Shown piece after piece: positions 1 to 9,820 of a stretch of 64,000 nt of DNA. The notes beneath the pieces were generated by a model, which made no database searches, was not told the DNA's origin, and saw only the letters and a list, made by a program, of their open reading frames with translations. Origin of the DNA: an uncultured Spirochaetota bacterium. GTDB taxonomy: Bacteria; Spirochaetota; Spirochaetia; SZUA-6; Fen-1364. Position numbers and translations under genes: made by a program. Every line of letters starts with the position of its first letter. The first letter of the stretch is position 1. The stretch lies in assembly GCA_963845535.1 (NCBI GenBank), contig CAWJSK010000002.1, forward strand, positions 1 through 64,000. Reading direction: 5' to 3'.

Positions 1-134
1 CGGAGGGAGATCAGGCCGAAGAGCGCCACCGCGACGAAAATACCGATGGCTAGCACGTAGCGGGTGACGGAAAAACTGACCAGCGGGTTGATCTTGCTGA
101 AGACCTTGGCTTCGTAGTTTCGCAGCGTGTTCAT
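1..134 (-). CDS. RND efflux permease, 5' end (runs off window)
   Basis: Translates [43 protein letters not shown], nearly identical to the N-terminus of the permease at 29952. Confidence 0.85.
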   Translation of the reverse strand, partial: MNTLRNYEAKVFSKINPLVSFSVTRYVLAIGIFVAVALFGLISL

Positions 135-496
135 TACATCGACCTCTTCCACTCACCCGATGGACCAGCCACGGGCTCACGGCCGGCAAGGATCACGTCG
201 GTTGGTGGAAATGGGAGCTAGGTCGAAAAAGCCTAGAATAGAGGCACCAGCGGATCTTCGCCTTAGACGAAGGTAGACCGATTCGGTGGTCTTGGCAACG
301 CATGCCCGCTTTTGCGGGATGCATAAGTCAGGCGATGTCAGGTCAATCGTGTCGCCCTCCCAGGGTGGATTCAGAAATCGCAGATAGAGAAGAAAAAGGA
401 ATAACGCACCCGCAGATACGCCGAGAATGCCGTGATGCCCTCAGCGTCGATGCCGAGGGAAGGATCAGCTTCCACGCGGGCCGTGTTTCCGTTTTC

Positions 497-1479
497 CTAC
501 GCTGCCCCGACCAAACCCAGAGATCGAAGATAGGTCTCCGTGACCGCCACGCTTATGTGCCCGAGGGCCTTTTCCACCTGGTAGACGTCGTGCGTGGATT
601 CATACAATCGCGCCGCGAAGGCATGCCGCAGATCATGGACGGAGTAGCGGGCCCAGATCCTCCCCGCCGCGTGCAGCTTCTCAGCCAGGTGCTCGAAGGC
701 CTTTACGATCAGCTCTGCGGTGGTTGCCTTAAACGGTGAGCGTAGAGGCAGCCCCCCCTGCGCGATCGCTTCCCTGGCCTCTTGTGGCACTTTGCCGCTC
801 TGCTTCTTGCCCTTGTACGTGGTAGTCCAGCGAAAGCCGTTGATGGAAAGCCCCGGGAGGCCTCCGACACGCAGCCCTGCCTGCGAGATCATGACGACAG
901 CAGCCCGAAGCTCGGGTTCCGCCGAGGCCTCAAGCTCTCGAATCTCCACGGTAGAGGGGACTGCCGGCGTTCGCGCAAGCTTGCTCGCTGGACGGGCCCT
1001 GGTCCCCCGGAAAGGATTACGTAGCTCGGAGTGCCGTCTCCCCATCCAGGTCCATAGCGAGGAGGCCGCCGCCAAATACAGCCGCACCGTCGATGGGGCC
1101 CTGCCTTCCGCCTTCTCGCTCTCAATCCAGTCGTCGGCCCGGGCAGGACTGAGTTCCAGCGGGGAAATACCCTGCTTTGCGCACCAGGCTTCCAGGCGGG
1201 CCAGGGCCGAGCCGTATAGCCTCCTTGTCCGCTGGAGCCGGTCTTACTTGCCCGCTCGATGAATAGCTCCCGCTCCACTTGGTAGTCGATACACTCCAGC
1301 TCGGCAGCTTTCTTCAGTCTGCCCTTGACATCGTCGAGCATGGCGACGCGGGCAACCTTCTCCAGGGTCTGAGGGTCAAGGTTTGCCAGCTCGGGCACCT
1401 CGTGAGCGAGCTTTGCCACAACCGCCCTGACCCGCTGCTCCCTCTCGGCCCTCGACTTCTCCGTCAATATTCCCGCCAT
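497..1479 (-). CDS. Tyrosine recombinase/integrase (frameshift near 1220-1260)
   Basis: Catalytic motifs GLRV, HDLRHAFA and LGH..VAVTETY in ORF 497-1087; N-terminus MAGILTEK starts at 1479 after a GGGAGG RBS in another frame. Confidence 0.85.
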
Positions 1480-1516
1480 GATTTCCTCCCTTCGTCGAGG
1501 ACGGTTTCCTGTGACT

Positions 1517-1536
1517 CCGACAAGTGCTGTTGTCGG
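1517..1536. promoter_or_regulatory. Inverted repeat CCGACAA-N6-TTGTCGG upstream of the recombinase (candidate binding or crossover site)
   Basis: Perfect 7 bp arms with a 6 bp spacer, seen directly. Confidence 0.4.
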
Positions 1537-1570
1537 GAAAAAACATCCCTGGGCCGCCAGTAAAACGCTC

Positions 1571-4500
1571 TCAGCGCACCAAACCACCCGCCGGGTCCGT
1601 GTCGGGGTGACGGGAGCGTTCGAAAAGGTAGAAGGCGGCGGGAACGACGAAAAAGGTCAAGATCGTGGAGGAGATGACCCCGCCCAGCATCACCACGCCC
1701 AGCTTCTGGCCGAACTCCGAGCCTTGGCCTCGTCCAAAAATGAGGGGGAAACTGATGACGAGCACCGTGATGGTGGTCATGATGATGGGCCGGAAGCGCA
1801 GCCGCGCGGATTCAACCAACGCATCCTTGAAGGGCATGATCTTCATCCGCTCCACCACGAAGTCCAGGTAAAGGATCGCGTTCTTGGCCGAGAGCCCGAT
1901 GAGCATCAGCATTCCCAGCAGCCCGAAGATGTCTAGCCCGGTACCAAGCGCCCACGCCAGCCACATCGCGCCGGCCAGGGCCAGCGGCACGGGTAGCAGG
2001 AGGTACACCGGGTAGCGCCAGGAGTTGAATTGCGCACCCATTACGAGGTACACGAGGAACAGGGCCAGCAGGAAAGCAAACGGCGCCTGGCCGGCCAGCT
2101 GCGCAGCGAGGTCCGCCGGACCGAAATGCTTCTGCGTGTCGAAGCTCACCCCGCTGTCCAGGATGCCCGCCTTCCCCATCTGCACGGTCACCATGTTCTG
2201 GAAGGCGAGGGGCGGCGGGGCGTTCGGGGCCAGGTCCAGGTCGATGTCTGTGGAGTAGCGCCGGTTGGTCCTGTCCAGCCGAAGCGGCGTCCTGCTCAGG
2301 ACAAAGGAGCCGAACTGACCGGCTCTCATCGTGCTCTGCAGGGCGGAGGAATACACGGGAAGGTTCAGGAGAGACTGGGCGCCGGAGAGCTGGGTCGGGT
2401 CCATTTGCACAATGATCGGGTAGCTGATCCCGCCGAGTTGCACCATGGAGGCCTGCATGCCCGAGGTGTAGGTCTGCAGGGCTTCCGCCAGCGCGCCGGG
2501 GGTGAGGCCGGTGCCGTTCAGCCGGTGGGGATCGGGAACGAAATCGTTCTCCAGCGTGGTCTCTGACAGGTCGGAGGCTGAATCCTCCACGTACGGATTG
2601 GCCGCAAGCCAGGCAAGCGCTCTCTGGTTGGCGCCGGACAAAGCGTTGAAATCAGAGGTGGAAAGCGTGAAGGAAACGCGCGATCCCTGTCCCTGCAGCC
2701 CGCCCGCAGCGCTCGCCGAAATGCCGGGAGACGGCTCGTCTTTCATCAGCGCAAGGAGCTTCTTCCTGTACTCGTCTGCAAGGAGGAAGATGTTCCGACG
2801 GTCCCGCGGGGGCACGAGCTGCACGGTCATTCCCGAGATGTTGGGACTGGACCCGAAGGTTGCCGTCCCGTTGGAGCCCACGGTGGTCTGGACAGAGACG
2901 ACCTCGGGCTGGTTGAAAAGCCATGCCTCAGCGCGGCCTGTCGCCGCGTTCGTCACATCGATCGGCGCGCCGGGGGCAAGGCGCAGGTTGACCTGCATGA
3001 CCCCGGAGTCAGCCTGGGGAACAAAGCTGAAAGGGATCCGCGGGCCCAGGAGGAACACCGTCCCGAGGAAAAAGACGCACGCGCCTGCCAGGATCCAGCC
3101 TCCGCGCCGCAGCACCGCACCCAGGGTGTTCGCGTAGCGGTCCCGCAGCCACTCCAGGCTCGCCTCCACGGCTCGATGCGGCGCCGTGATGAGGGTCTGG
3201 ATGAATGAGTGCGGCTGCGCGTCCGGCGTGTAGGCAAGCCGAACGGTCAGGAAGAGGACCGCCTCCAGGAGGGAGAAGAACACCGCCGCTGCCAGTCCCA
3301 GGGAGAACTGCATGAGGTAGCGCCCTACGAACCCACCGATGAAGCTGACGGGGACGAGCACCGCGATCAGGGAAAGGGAGGCCGCGACCACCGCGCTGAA
3401 TACCTCACTTGCGCCCTTGAGAACGGACTCCTTCAGCCCGTAGCCCATCTGCCGGTAGCGCTCCACGTTCTCCGCAACCACGATGGAATCATCAACGACA
3501 ATGCCAATGGCGACGATGAGGGCCAGGAGCGAAACTTGGTTGAAGTTGAAGCCCGCGAGCTTGTACAGCACGGGGGCGGCCGAGAGGGCTATGGGGATGG
3601 CCAGGATGACCGACAGGGCGGTGTTCAGCTTCCCCAGGAACAGGAGGCACACCAGCGCCACAACGATCGCCGTGATGATCAGCTCCCGGTAGGTGGAGCG
3701 GATGGACGCCGTGATGGGTTCCGTGGTGTCGTTGCTGATGACGATGGAGTAGCCGGCCGGCAGCGGCGTGGTTGCCAGGAGACTGCGCACGTTCTGCGCC
3801 ACGGCAACCGTGTTGCTATCCGTGGTCTTCTGGATCGAGACGAGCACCACGGGCTGACCGTCCACCCGCGCGTAGGTGGTGGGCTGCGGCACGTCCCTGA
3901 CCGCCCCGAGATCCCCTACCCGGATGCCCCTGATGGCATCCACCAGGATTGAAGAGATCTGGGTGGTGTCCTGCGGCGCGCTCGCGGTGGAGAAGGCCAT
4001 GGTCTGCCCCTTGCTTGCCACTGTTCCGATGGACTGGTTCAGCGCGGAGCTGGAGACGGCGGCCGTCACCTGCTGCGGGTTGAATCCGTAATACTGGAGC
4101 TTGTCGGGGTTCAGGAGGACCTGGAACTGGCGCTGAGGAGCCCCGTCAAGCTGGATGTTAGCCACACCGTCAACGCGCTGCAGGACGGGCTCCAGGTCGT
4201 TCTGCGCCCAGATGCCCACGTCCTCCAGGCTCGCTCCCGAGGCGCGGATGCCGAACTGGATGACCGGAAGCGCGTTGGGGTCGAAGGTCTGCACGGATGG
4301 CGGGGTCACTCCGCTGGGCAGAGTCTGCGCCGCGGCGGAGACTGCGGCGGCCACCTGGTTGGTGTCGGCAAACCGGTCCGTGCTCGGGTCGAAGCTGATG
4401 ATGGCCCTGCTCGCGCCCAGGACGCTCATCGACTTCATGATGGTGATGCCGCTGATGGTGGAAACCGCGTTCTCGATGACCTGGGATACCTGCTGCTCCA

Positions 4501-4720
4501 CGACGCTCGGGGACGCGCCCGGGAACGCCGTATTGACCACGACAACCGGGATGTTGACCGTGGGGAGGAGATCCACCCCCAGGTTCATCGTGGAGATCAG
4601 GCCAAAGGCGACCACCGCCACGAAAAAGCCAATGGACAGGACGTAGCGGGTGACAGAGAACCTCACAGCGGGATTGATTTTGTCGAAAATCTTTGTCTGA
4701 AACTCGCGCAGAGGGGTCAC
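1571..4720 (-). CDS. AcrB-like RND efflux permease (1049 aa, intact)
   Basis: [18 protein letters not shown] and RFRPIIMT proton-relay motifs; two large periplasmic loops. Confidence 0.95.
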   Translation of the reverse strand: MTPLREFQTKIFDKINPAVRFSVTRYVLSIGFFVAVVAFGLISTMNLGVDLLPTVNIPVVVVNTAFPGASPSVVEQQVSQVIENAVSTISGITIMKSMSVLGASRAIISFDPSTDRFADTNQVAAAVSAAAQTLPSGVTPPSVQTFDPNALPVIQFGIRASGASLEDVGIWAQNDLEPVLQRVDGVANIQLDGAPQRQFQVLLNPDKLQYYGFNPQQVTAAVSSSALNQSIGTVASKGQTMAFSTASAPQDTTQISSILVDAIRGIRVGDLGAVRDVPQPTTYARVDGQPVVLVSIQKTTDSNTVAVAQNVRSLLATTPLPAGYSIVISNDTTEPITASIRSTYRELIITAIVVALVCLLFLGKLNTALSVILAIPIALSAAPVLYKLAGFNFNQVSLLALIVAIGIVVDDSIVVAENVERYRQMGYGLKESVLKGASEVFSAVVAASLSLIAVLVPVSFIGGFVGRYLMQFSLGLAAAVFFSLLEAVLFLTVRLAYTPDAQPHSFIQTLITAPHRAVEASLEWLRDRYANTLGAVLRRGGWILAGACVFFLGTVFLLGPRIPFSFVPQADSGVMQVNLRLAPGAPIDVTNAATGRAEAWLFNQPEVVSVQTTVGSNGTATFGSSPNISGMTVQLVPPRDRRNIFLLADEYRKKLLALMKDEPSPGISASAAGGLQGQGSRVSFTLSTSDFNALSGANQRALAWLAANPYVEDSASDLSETTLENDFVPDPHRLNGTGLTPGALAEALQTYTSGMQASMVQLGGISYPIIVQMDPTQLSGAQSLLNLPVYSSALQSTMRAGQFGSFVLSRTPLRLDRTNRRYSTDIDLDLAPNAPPPLAFQNMVTVQMGKAGILDSGVSFDTQKHFGPADLAAQLAGQAPFAFLLALFLVYLVMGAQFNSWRYPVYLLLPVPLALAGAMWLAWALGTGLDIFGLLGMLMLIGLSAKNAILYLDFVVERMKIMPFKDALVESARLRFRPIIMTTITVLVISFPLIFGRGQGSEFGQKLGVVMLGGVISSTILTFFVVPAAFYLFERSRHPDTDPAGGLVR

Positions 4721-5065
4721 TGTCGCTACCGTAAAGGGAACGGGTCCCGTGTGGATGATACTAATGGGGTGATCGTGGCAGTCACTCTCTCAAGACCAAA
4801 TGCTTTACAGCTCCCGCCGTATTCTTGATCCGGTCCAAGAACAGGCGGGCTTTCCCACATGGCCTGTAACACGGACAATAGCGCAGGCGTACTTTTTTGA
4901 CAATCTCACGCGCGGCCAGATTCCCTCTTTATTTCGAACGAGACAGAAGGCGGCTTAGCCCGAACTTTGCGTTTTTTGCACTTGACTTGCAGTTGCCCCC
5001 CCATCTCAGGCGAATCGGGATGACCGGCTCTTGCGCTCGAAGGAGTTCGGCAACTCCGGAGATCT

Positions 5066-5188
5066 CTCGCCAAGTCCACCCCGAGCCTTCCAGGGATAGA
5101 AAGCCGAAAACCGCCACCGCTACGAAGATCACGATTGCGAGGACATACCTGGTGACGGAAAAACTGACCAGCGGATTGATTTTGTTGA
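5066..5188 (-). pseudogene. Remnant of an RND permease 5' region
   Basis: Encodes [32 protein letters not shown] with no start codon; similarity ends after the (L)GVDL-coding region. Confidence 0.8.
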
Positions 5189-5197
5189 CAGTCCCAG

Positions 5198-5488
5198 TTA
5201 GAACTGTGCCTCTTTCAGTTCCAGATATTGCATGGTCCCTTTCAGCTTTTCGTTCTCCTCTGCGTAGTCATAAGCGGTTTTGCCTGCCTTGGACTTCAAT
5301 TTTCCATTTGCCCCGGCTCGCAGAAGGGCAGTGACGATCTCAGGGTTCTGATTGAACTGGGCTGCCAGCATGAGCGCGGTGCGGCCGTCGGATATCGTGC
5401 TGTCTATCCCGGCCCCTGCTTTCAGCAGCGTTGAGATCACATCGGGGTTGGGGTTGCCCTCCGCTGCGAACATCAAAGCTGTCCCGAC
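5198..5488 (-). pseudogene. Ankyrin repeat protein, 3' fragment
   Basis: TALMFAA..NPDVISTLLKAGA and GRTALMLAA..NPEIVTALLRAGA repeats; begins mid-repeat. Confidence 0.8.
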
Positions 5489-5838
5489 ATCACGCCCTGC
5501 TCCGCCGTGGGAAAGTGGCAGGAAAGTGGCTTTTTTCGCTTGTCATGAAAGGAGCGGGGAGACTACCTTGCAAAGCTTCGCCATATCGTGAGCCTCCGGC
5601 GCAGTTTCATAGTCTTCCCTTTGCGGTTTCTCGTGGTGATCTTGGGAAGGGGCTACTTCTGGCGCGCATGCGTATCCGAAAAAGGTCACCGCGAAGAACT
5701 CCTGTTATATAACGCATTCTTTATTCACATTTCATCCTGCATTCATGGAGTGGACGCGAAGCCCAGTGCATCATAACGGCGATACCTCGCCTTTGGTCGC
5801 CACAGATTTACTCAGAATCCAAAGGCGAGCTTAATGAG

Positions 5839-6384
5839 GTGTTTATGATCAGAAGAGTTCTTAACGGATTCATAGTTGCTGTTCTTGTGCTCGGCGTCGT
5901 GTCCTGCGCCAAGAAAGAGCCCACAAAAATTGCCATCGCAACGGATGCCACCTTCCCGCCCATGGAATCATTGGACACCAACAAGAACATCGTCGGATTC
6001 GACGTCGATCTCATGAACGCCGCGGCCACTGCCGGCGGCTTCACTGTTGAGTTCAAGAACACCGACTGGGACGACATTTTCGTCGGGCTGGACAAAGGCA
6101 AGTACGACGCTGTCATGTCGTCGGTGCAGATTACTGACGAGCGTGCAAAGACGATGGACTTCTCGATGCCGTACATCAACGCAGGCCAGGTCTTGACCGT
6201 GCGTGCCGACCTGAATGGGGTGACCTCCCTTGCCGACATGAAGCGGAAGACTCTTGGAGCCCAGATTGGGACCACCGGCGCCTCCGAGATCGATAAGGTC
6301 AAGGCAGTGAACAAGATCGTGGAGATAACCTATGACGAGATTGGGCTGGCATTCGAGGACCTGTTCAGCGGTAGGATTGACTAG
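5839..6384 (+). pseudogene. Basic amino acid ABC transporter substrate-binding lipoprotein, 3'-truncated
   Basis: Lipobox VVSC, DATFPPME, GFDVDL, ITDERAKTMDFS; stops at GRID, short of the family C-terminus. Confidence 0.8.
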
Positions 6385-6919
6385 CTCAAGCACGTTTGCG
6401 CTTGCTGCTCCTGGCTTTACCGTTCCCTCTCAGAACAATGGCTCAGCCGACGTAGTGTTTTCTGCTATGGTTGAATACCGGGCGATTCGCCGATGGCCGT
6501 TTGAGCTTGGCATCGCGGCAAAGGGTTCTGTCGCTATATCCTCTTGGGATCTCGGCGCTCCCGGTGTGACGGATGGGATGGGAAACTACTACCCCAATGA
6601 CGAGGTCTACATCGAGGCCCTCTGGTGGGCGTTTGCCGCTATGGGCACAGCGCATATTCACTTTGGGCCGTTCGTCACATTCGATGCTGCCGTTGGGTAT
6701 GGCCCTTTCGGATACATGAATGCAAACTACTATGACGATGACGGCATTGCCAGCGGCCCGGTCGTCGGAGACTCGTCGGTTTTCCCACAGAATGCATGGA
6801 GCATCGACTGGTCAACGGGGCTTTCCTTCAATTTCATGGGATTTGCAGGTCTGCAATTCGATGTCGGACAGATGGGACCGGATTTCGTGGCCGGCCTTGG
6901 CGTGATTATTCCAATATGA
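6385..6919 (+). pseudogene. Hypothetical outer-membrane beta-barrel-like protein, 5'-truncated
   Basis: Open frame with alternating aromatic beta-strand pattern ending GLGVIIPI; no own start or signal peptide. Confidence 0.45.
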
Positions 6920-7019
6920 GCGATACTATTGTCCCACCGTACGTCGTTTGACGACCCGGTGGAAAGAGCGAAAGGTTGATAGACTTTCGAGTTGCAAAAC
7001 GGCGCTCCACGTTCCGTAT

Positions 7020-7512
7020 CCAGGACGGCGCAGCCCCTGGAAGGTCGCGTACGAGCGCACGTGTTTCTATGCATGCTGGCCTACTACGTCGAGTGGCACA
7101 TGCGCCAGAGGCTCCAACCCCTTCTGTTTGACGACGAGGACAAAGCCTCAGCCGCGGCGCTTCGCTCCTCCATCGTTGCCCCGGCTGTGCGCTCTGGGTA
7201 TGCCCGACGAAAGGACGAATCGAAGCGGACCGACGACGGTCTGCCCGTGCATAGCTTTCGGATCCTCCTGGCAGATCTGGCGACGCTCGCAAAAAACCGC
7301 GTGCGGACCTCGGGGGCCAAGGGCGCCGAGTTCTATATGCTGACGCGACCCACGGCTCTACAGCAACGCGCATTCGAACTTCTCGACGCTTCTCCGTAGC
7401 CTGTTAGCGAGGTACCACAGGGCGTAGCCAGAACAGCGCATCCGGCCCCGCCCGCAATTCCTAATCCGTGAAAGAGTTGGGCTTCCGCAGGGCCGAAAAG
7501 TCTGGTCTAAGA
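7020..7512 (+). mobile_element. IS1634-family remnant (transposase C-terminus plus right end)
   Basis: RVRAHVFLCMLAYYVEWHMR, HSFR.LLADLATL and PTALQQRAFELL motifs; most of the DDE domain is missing; boundaries approximate. Confidence 0.8.
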
Positions 7513-7570
7513 GGTAAAACGGGGGAGCATGACGGGTTTTTGGCGAAGCCAGTCTTCGCAACTCAGGGCG

Positions 7571-8599
7571 CTACGACTCTAGCCATTCCAATCGGGGCAA
7601 AAGCAGTTTTTCGTTTGACTCCAGCTTCTTCAAGCGGGAAACGATTCCGGGTTGTTCCTCCAGTTTTTTCATATCCAGCCCGCCCCTGGCAGCCATATGA
7701 ATTCCGCGATAGGCACGGGCCGCAGCCTGAGGATCATTGTCGGCAAGCCAGTTCTCTAATTCGGTCCACTGATCATTCACGATCAGGTAACCCGCCAGGA
7801 CTTTCAGCGCGTCGGTGAACATCGACAATCTGGCCTGATTTTCCTTCAAAAATGCTATTGCTCCGGACACGTCAGAGCCTCTTTTCAAAAGGCTCCAGAG
7901 AATTTCTACGGAATTTCTTACCGGACCCTCGCCCTTGGCCTGCAATTCTTTCAGGGCCATTTCGGTAAAGGCGGACACTTCGTACTCCCGGGCCGCATAG
8001 GTAGCCAGTTCATCAAAAAGGGCCTTTTTGAAGGACGCCTTCCCCTTGAGATACGGGACAACGAGTTTGGCTCGACCTTGCTGGCAAAGGGAGTGCACGA
8101 GAATCAGAAAAGCCAGGGTTTGAACATCGGAGTCCATCCTTTTCTGTTTCGCGTAAATCTTGTCCAAGTAGGGTTCGACAACTGAAGCTTCAATCTTGAT
8201 TTTCGCCCCTTGCAAGCAACATACCCACAGGGCAGCGATTGCGTCAGGACCACTCTCCGTGGATTTCAAAAGATCCAGGAGTGGTTTGACAAAAGCTTGA
8301 TAGTCTTCGCTGGTTGCAACTTTCAACATCTGTATTCCGGGCTGAGACCCCGGGTTTTCAAAATCTTCCAACAACAGCGAGACTTGGATAATCTTGGCCG
8401 CAACGTCACTTTGTTTTTGGTCCCCGGAGTTCAACGATTGAAGGGCGAAGGTCAGGAAGTCTTTGGCGTGATCCAAGAAAATGTCCTGCTGTTCTTCGCG
8501 ATCTTTTTCATGCAGAAGACTCTCGACGATCTCCGGTCTTGAACTCTTTCCCATTCCGATACCCTCTTTCGACATTGCAAGGAGCCGATTCTTCACCAT
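7571..8599 (-). CDS. Hypothetical helical protein (342 aa)
   Basis: Long ORF, visibly lower GC than core genes, no motif recognised. Confidence 0.7.
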   Translation of the reverse strand: MVKNRLLAMSKEGIGMGKSSRPEIVESLLHEKDREEQQDIFLDHAKDFLTFALQSLNSGDQKQSDVAAKIIQVSLLLEDFENPGSQPGIQMLKVATSEDYQAFVKPLLDLLKSTESGPDAIAALWVCCLQGAKIKIEASVVEPYLDKIYAKQKRMDSDVQTLAFLILVHSLCQQGRAKLVVPYLKGKASFKKALFDELATYAAREYEVSAFTEMALKELQAKGEGPVRNSVEILWSLLKRGSDVSGAIAFLKENQARLSMFTDALKVLAGYLIVNDQWTELENWLADNDPQAAARAYRGIHMAARGGLDMKKLEEQPGIVSRLKKLESNEKLLLPRLEWLES

Positions 8600-8892
8600 T
8601 AGTGCTTTGGTGCCCCTGGTCAGCGCGGACCGAGGAGAACACGCTGCTTGTACCCCATCCAGTCAATAGGCGTCTCCTCCCACACTTTGCCTTCGAGAAC
8701 AAGTTTGAGATTGCTATCGAGCAAGCTGACCAAACGTGGTCGAACGGCCTTTTTCGGGACTTCGCCACATGGTGATTCGCAGCGTATCCGCATTTGCAGT
8801 GATGAGCAACAAGATTTCAGGCCGAACTCTCCGGTGCGCGCTTATGCGATAGCTTGAGAAAGTCGTCTGATCTTCTCAAGGATTTTCTTCGT

Positions 8893-9624
8893 TCACGATG
8901 CTCGCTGTGCCGACGGGAGGAAAAGGGTCACCGACGTGGCAAACGCTAGAACCTTGGATGTTCCGTTGAGCGCAATCAGGATCGGCGTAGACGGATATCC
9001 GAATCCCACGAGAGCCCAGACGGCAAACACCAGGAACATTCCCGCAAGACAGAAAAGCGCGTACTTGGACACCTTCATCGCTGAGGAGAAGGACAGCATT
9101 GCGAAGCTCGAAACGGCAACGGCAAAGAGGGGGAGAAAAAAGAGCGGCGTATACACTCCTGCGGGATTGGGCGGATGAGTCCTCGTCATCACGATCAAAT
9201 CAAACGGCAGCTCGAAGATGAAAGGCGCGGCTATCGAGCCGACGACAGCGCTCACCAGGGCTTTCCAGGCACCGTGTTTTCTCGTTAGCATTATGATTCC
9301 AACAAAGGAAGCCAATCCGCAGATCACGGTGATTGGAGTAATCGGATTCCTTGGGTGCGCATGGCCCGCGGCGGACGAGAACAAGGGGGCCAACTGGTTT
9401 TTCAGTTCAAGCACGTAGGCCTTCACTGCCATTAGGAAAGAGAATCCCGAGAGCAGGAAGACAATCACAATGGTCGATGTTACAAGTTTCCCGGGTCGCT
9501 CCGCCCCGATCCGTCCGCGCAACCTCGTTCCAAGCCACGCGAGCACTGCTGCCACCGCCAGAAGAACCGCCGCCAGTATCAGGGCGCTGCTCCCTTTATA
9601 GGAGCTCCAGGCTTCGTATTTCAT
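8893..9624 (-). CDS. Hypothetical multi-pass membrane protein
   Basis: About 7 hydrophobic segments; ATGA overlap with the upstream gene. Confidence 0.8.
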   Translation of the reverse strand: MKYEAWSSYKGSSALILAAVLLAVAAVLAWLGTRLRGRIGAERPGKLVTSTIVIVFLLSGFSFLMAVKAYVLELKNQLAPLFSSAAGHAHPRNPITPITVICGLASFVGIIMLTRKHGAWKALVSAVVGSIAAPFIFELPFDLIVMTRTHPPNPAGVYTPLFFLPLFAVAVSSFAMLSFSSAMKVSKYALFCLAGMFLVFAVWALVGFGYPSTPILIALNGTSKVLAFATSVTLFLPSAQRAS

Positions 9625-9812
9625 GTATGCCTCGTCCTTTCTTGTTCCTTGCCTTGTCGTGCTTTGGGAAGCCGTCCCGCTCCGGTGAGTGCCTGACGAA
9701 GGAGGAACTCCACCTGGCCGTTCATGCTGCGAAGCTCATCCGCCGCCCAACCGGCCAGCGCGTCATAGACTTCCGGCGCGATGCGCAGAAGGAATGACTT
9801 TTTTTCCGTCAT
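9621..9812 (-). CDS. Arc-like ribbon-helix-helix DNA-binding protein
   Basis: KKSFLLRI.PEVYDAL..WAADELRSMNGQVEFLL, typical of the small gene following SPFH genes. Confidence 0.85.
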   Translation of the reverse strand: MTEKKSFLLRIAPEVYDALAGWAADELRSMNGQVEFLLRQALTGAGRLPKARQGKEQERTRHT

Positions 9813-9820
9813 CGCAGGTG

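Noticed and set aside
497..1479. Recombinase as the IntI for the attC sites
   Set aside because: It lacks the IntI-specific insertion before the HxLRH box and lies 55 kb away.
4813..5005. c-di-GMP-I riboswitch upstream of the RND gene (ACGCAAAG..GGGCTAA and a hairpin at 4813-4849)
   Set aside because: I could not build the GNRA-capped P2 stem or P1; an Rfam cmscan would settle it.
8600..8880. Possible gene remnant between the hypothetical genes
   Set aside because: No convincing ORF or motif; only a CTTGAGAA/TTCTCAAG hairpin at 8853-8880 that may be a terminator.
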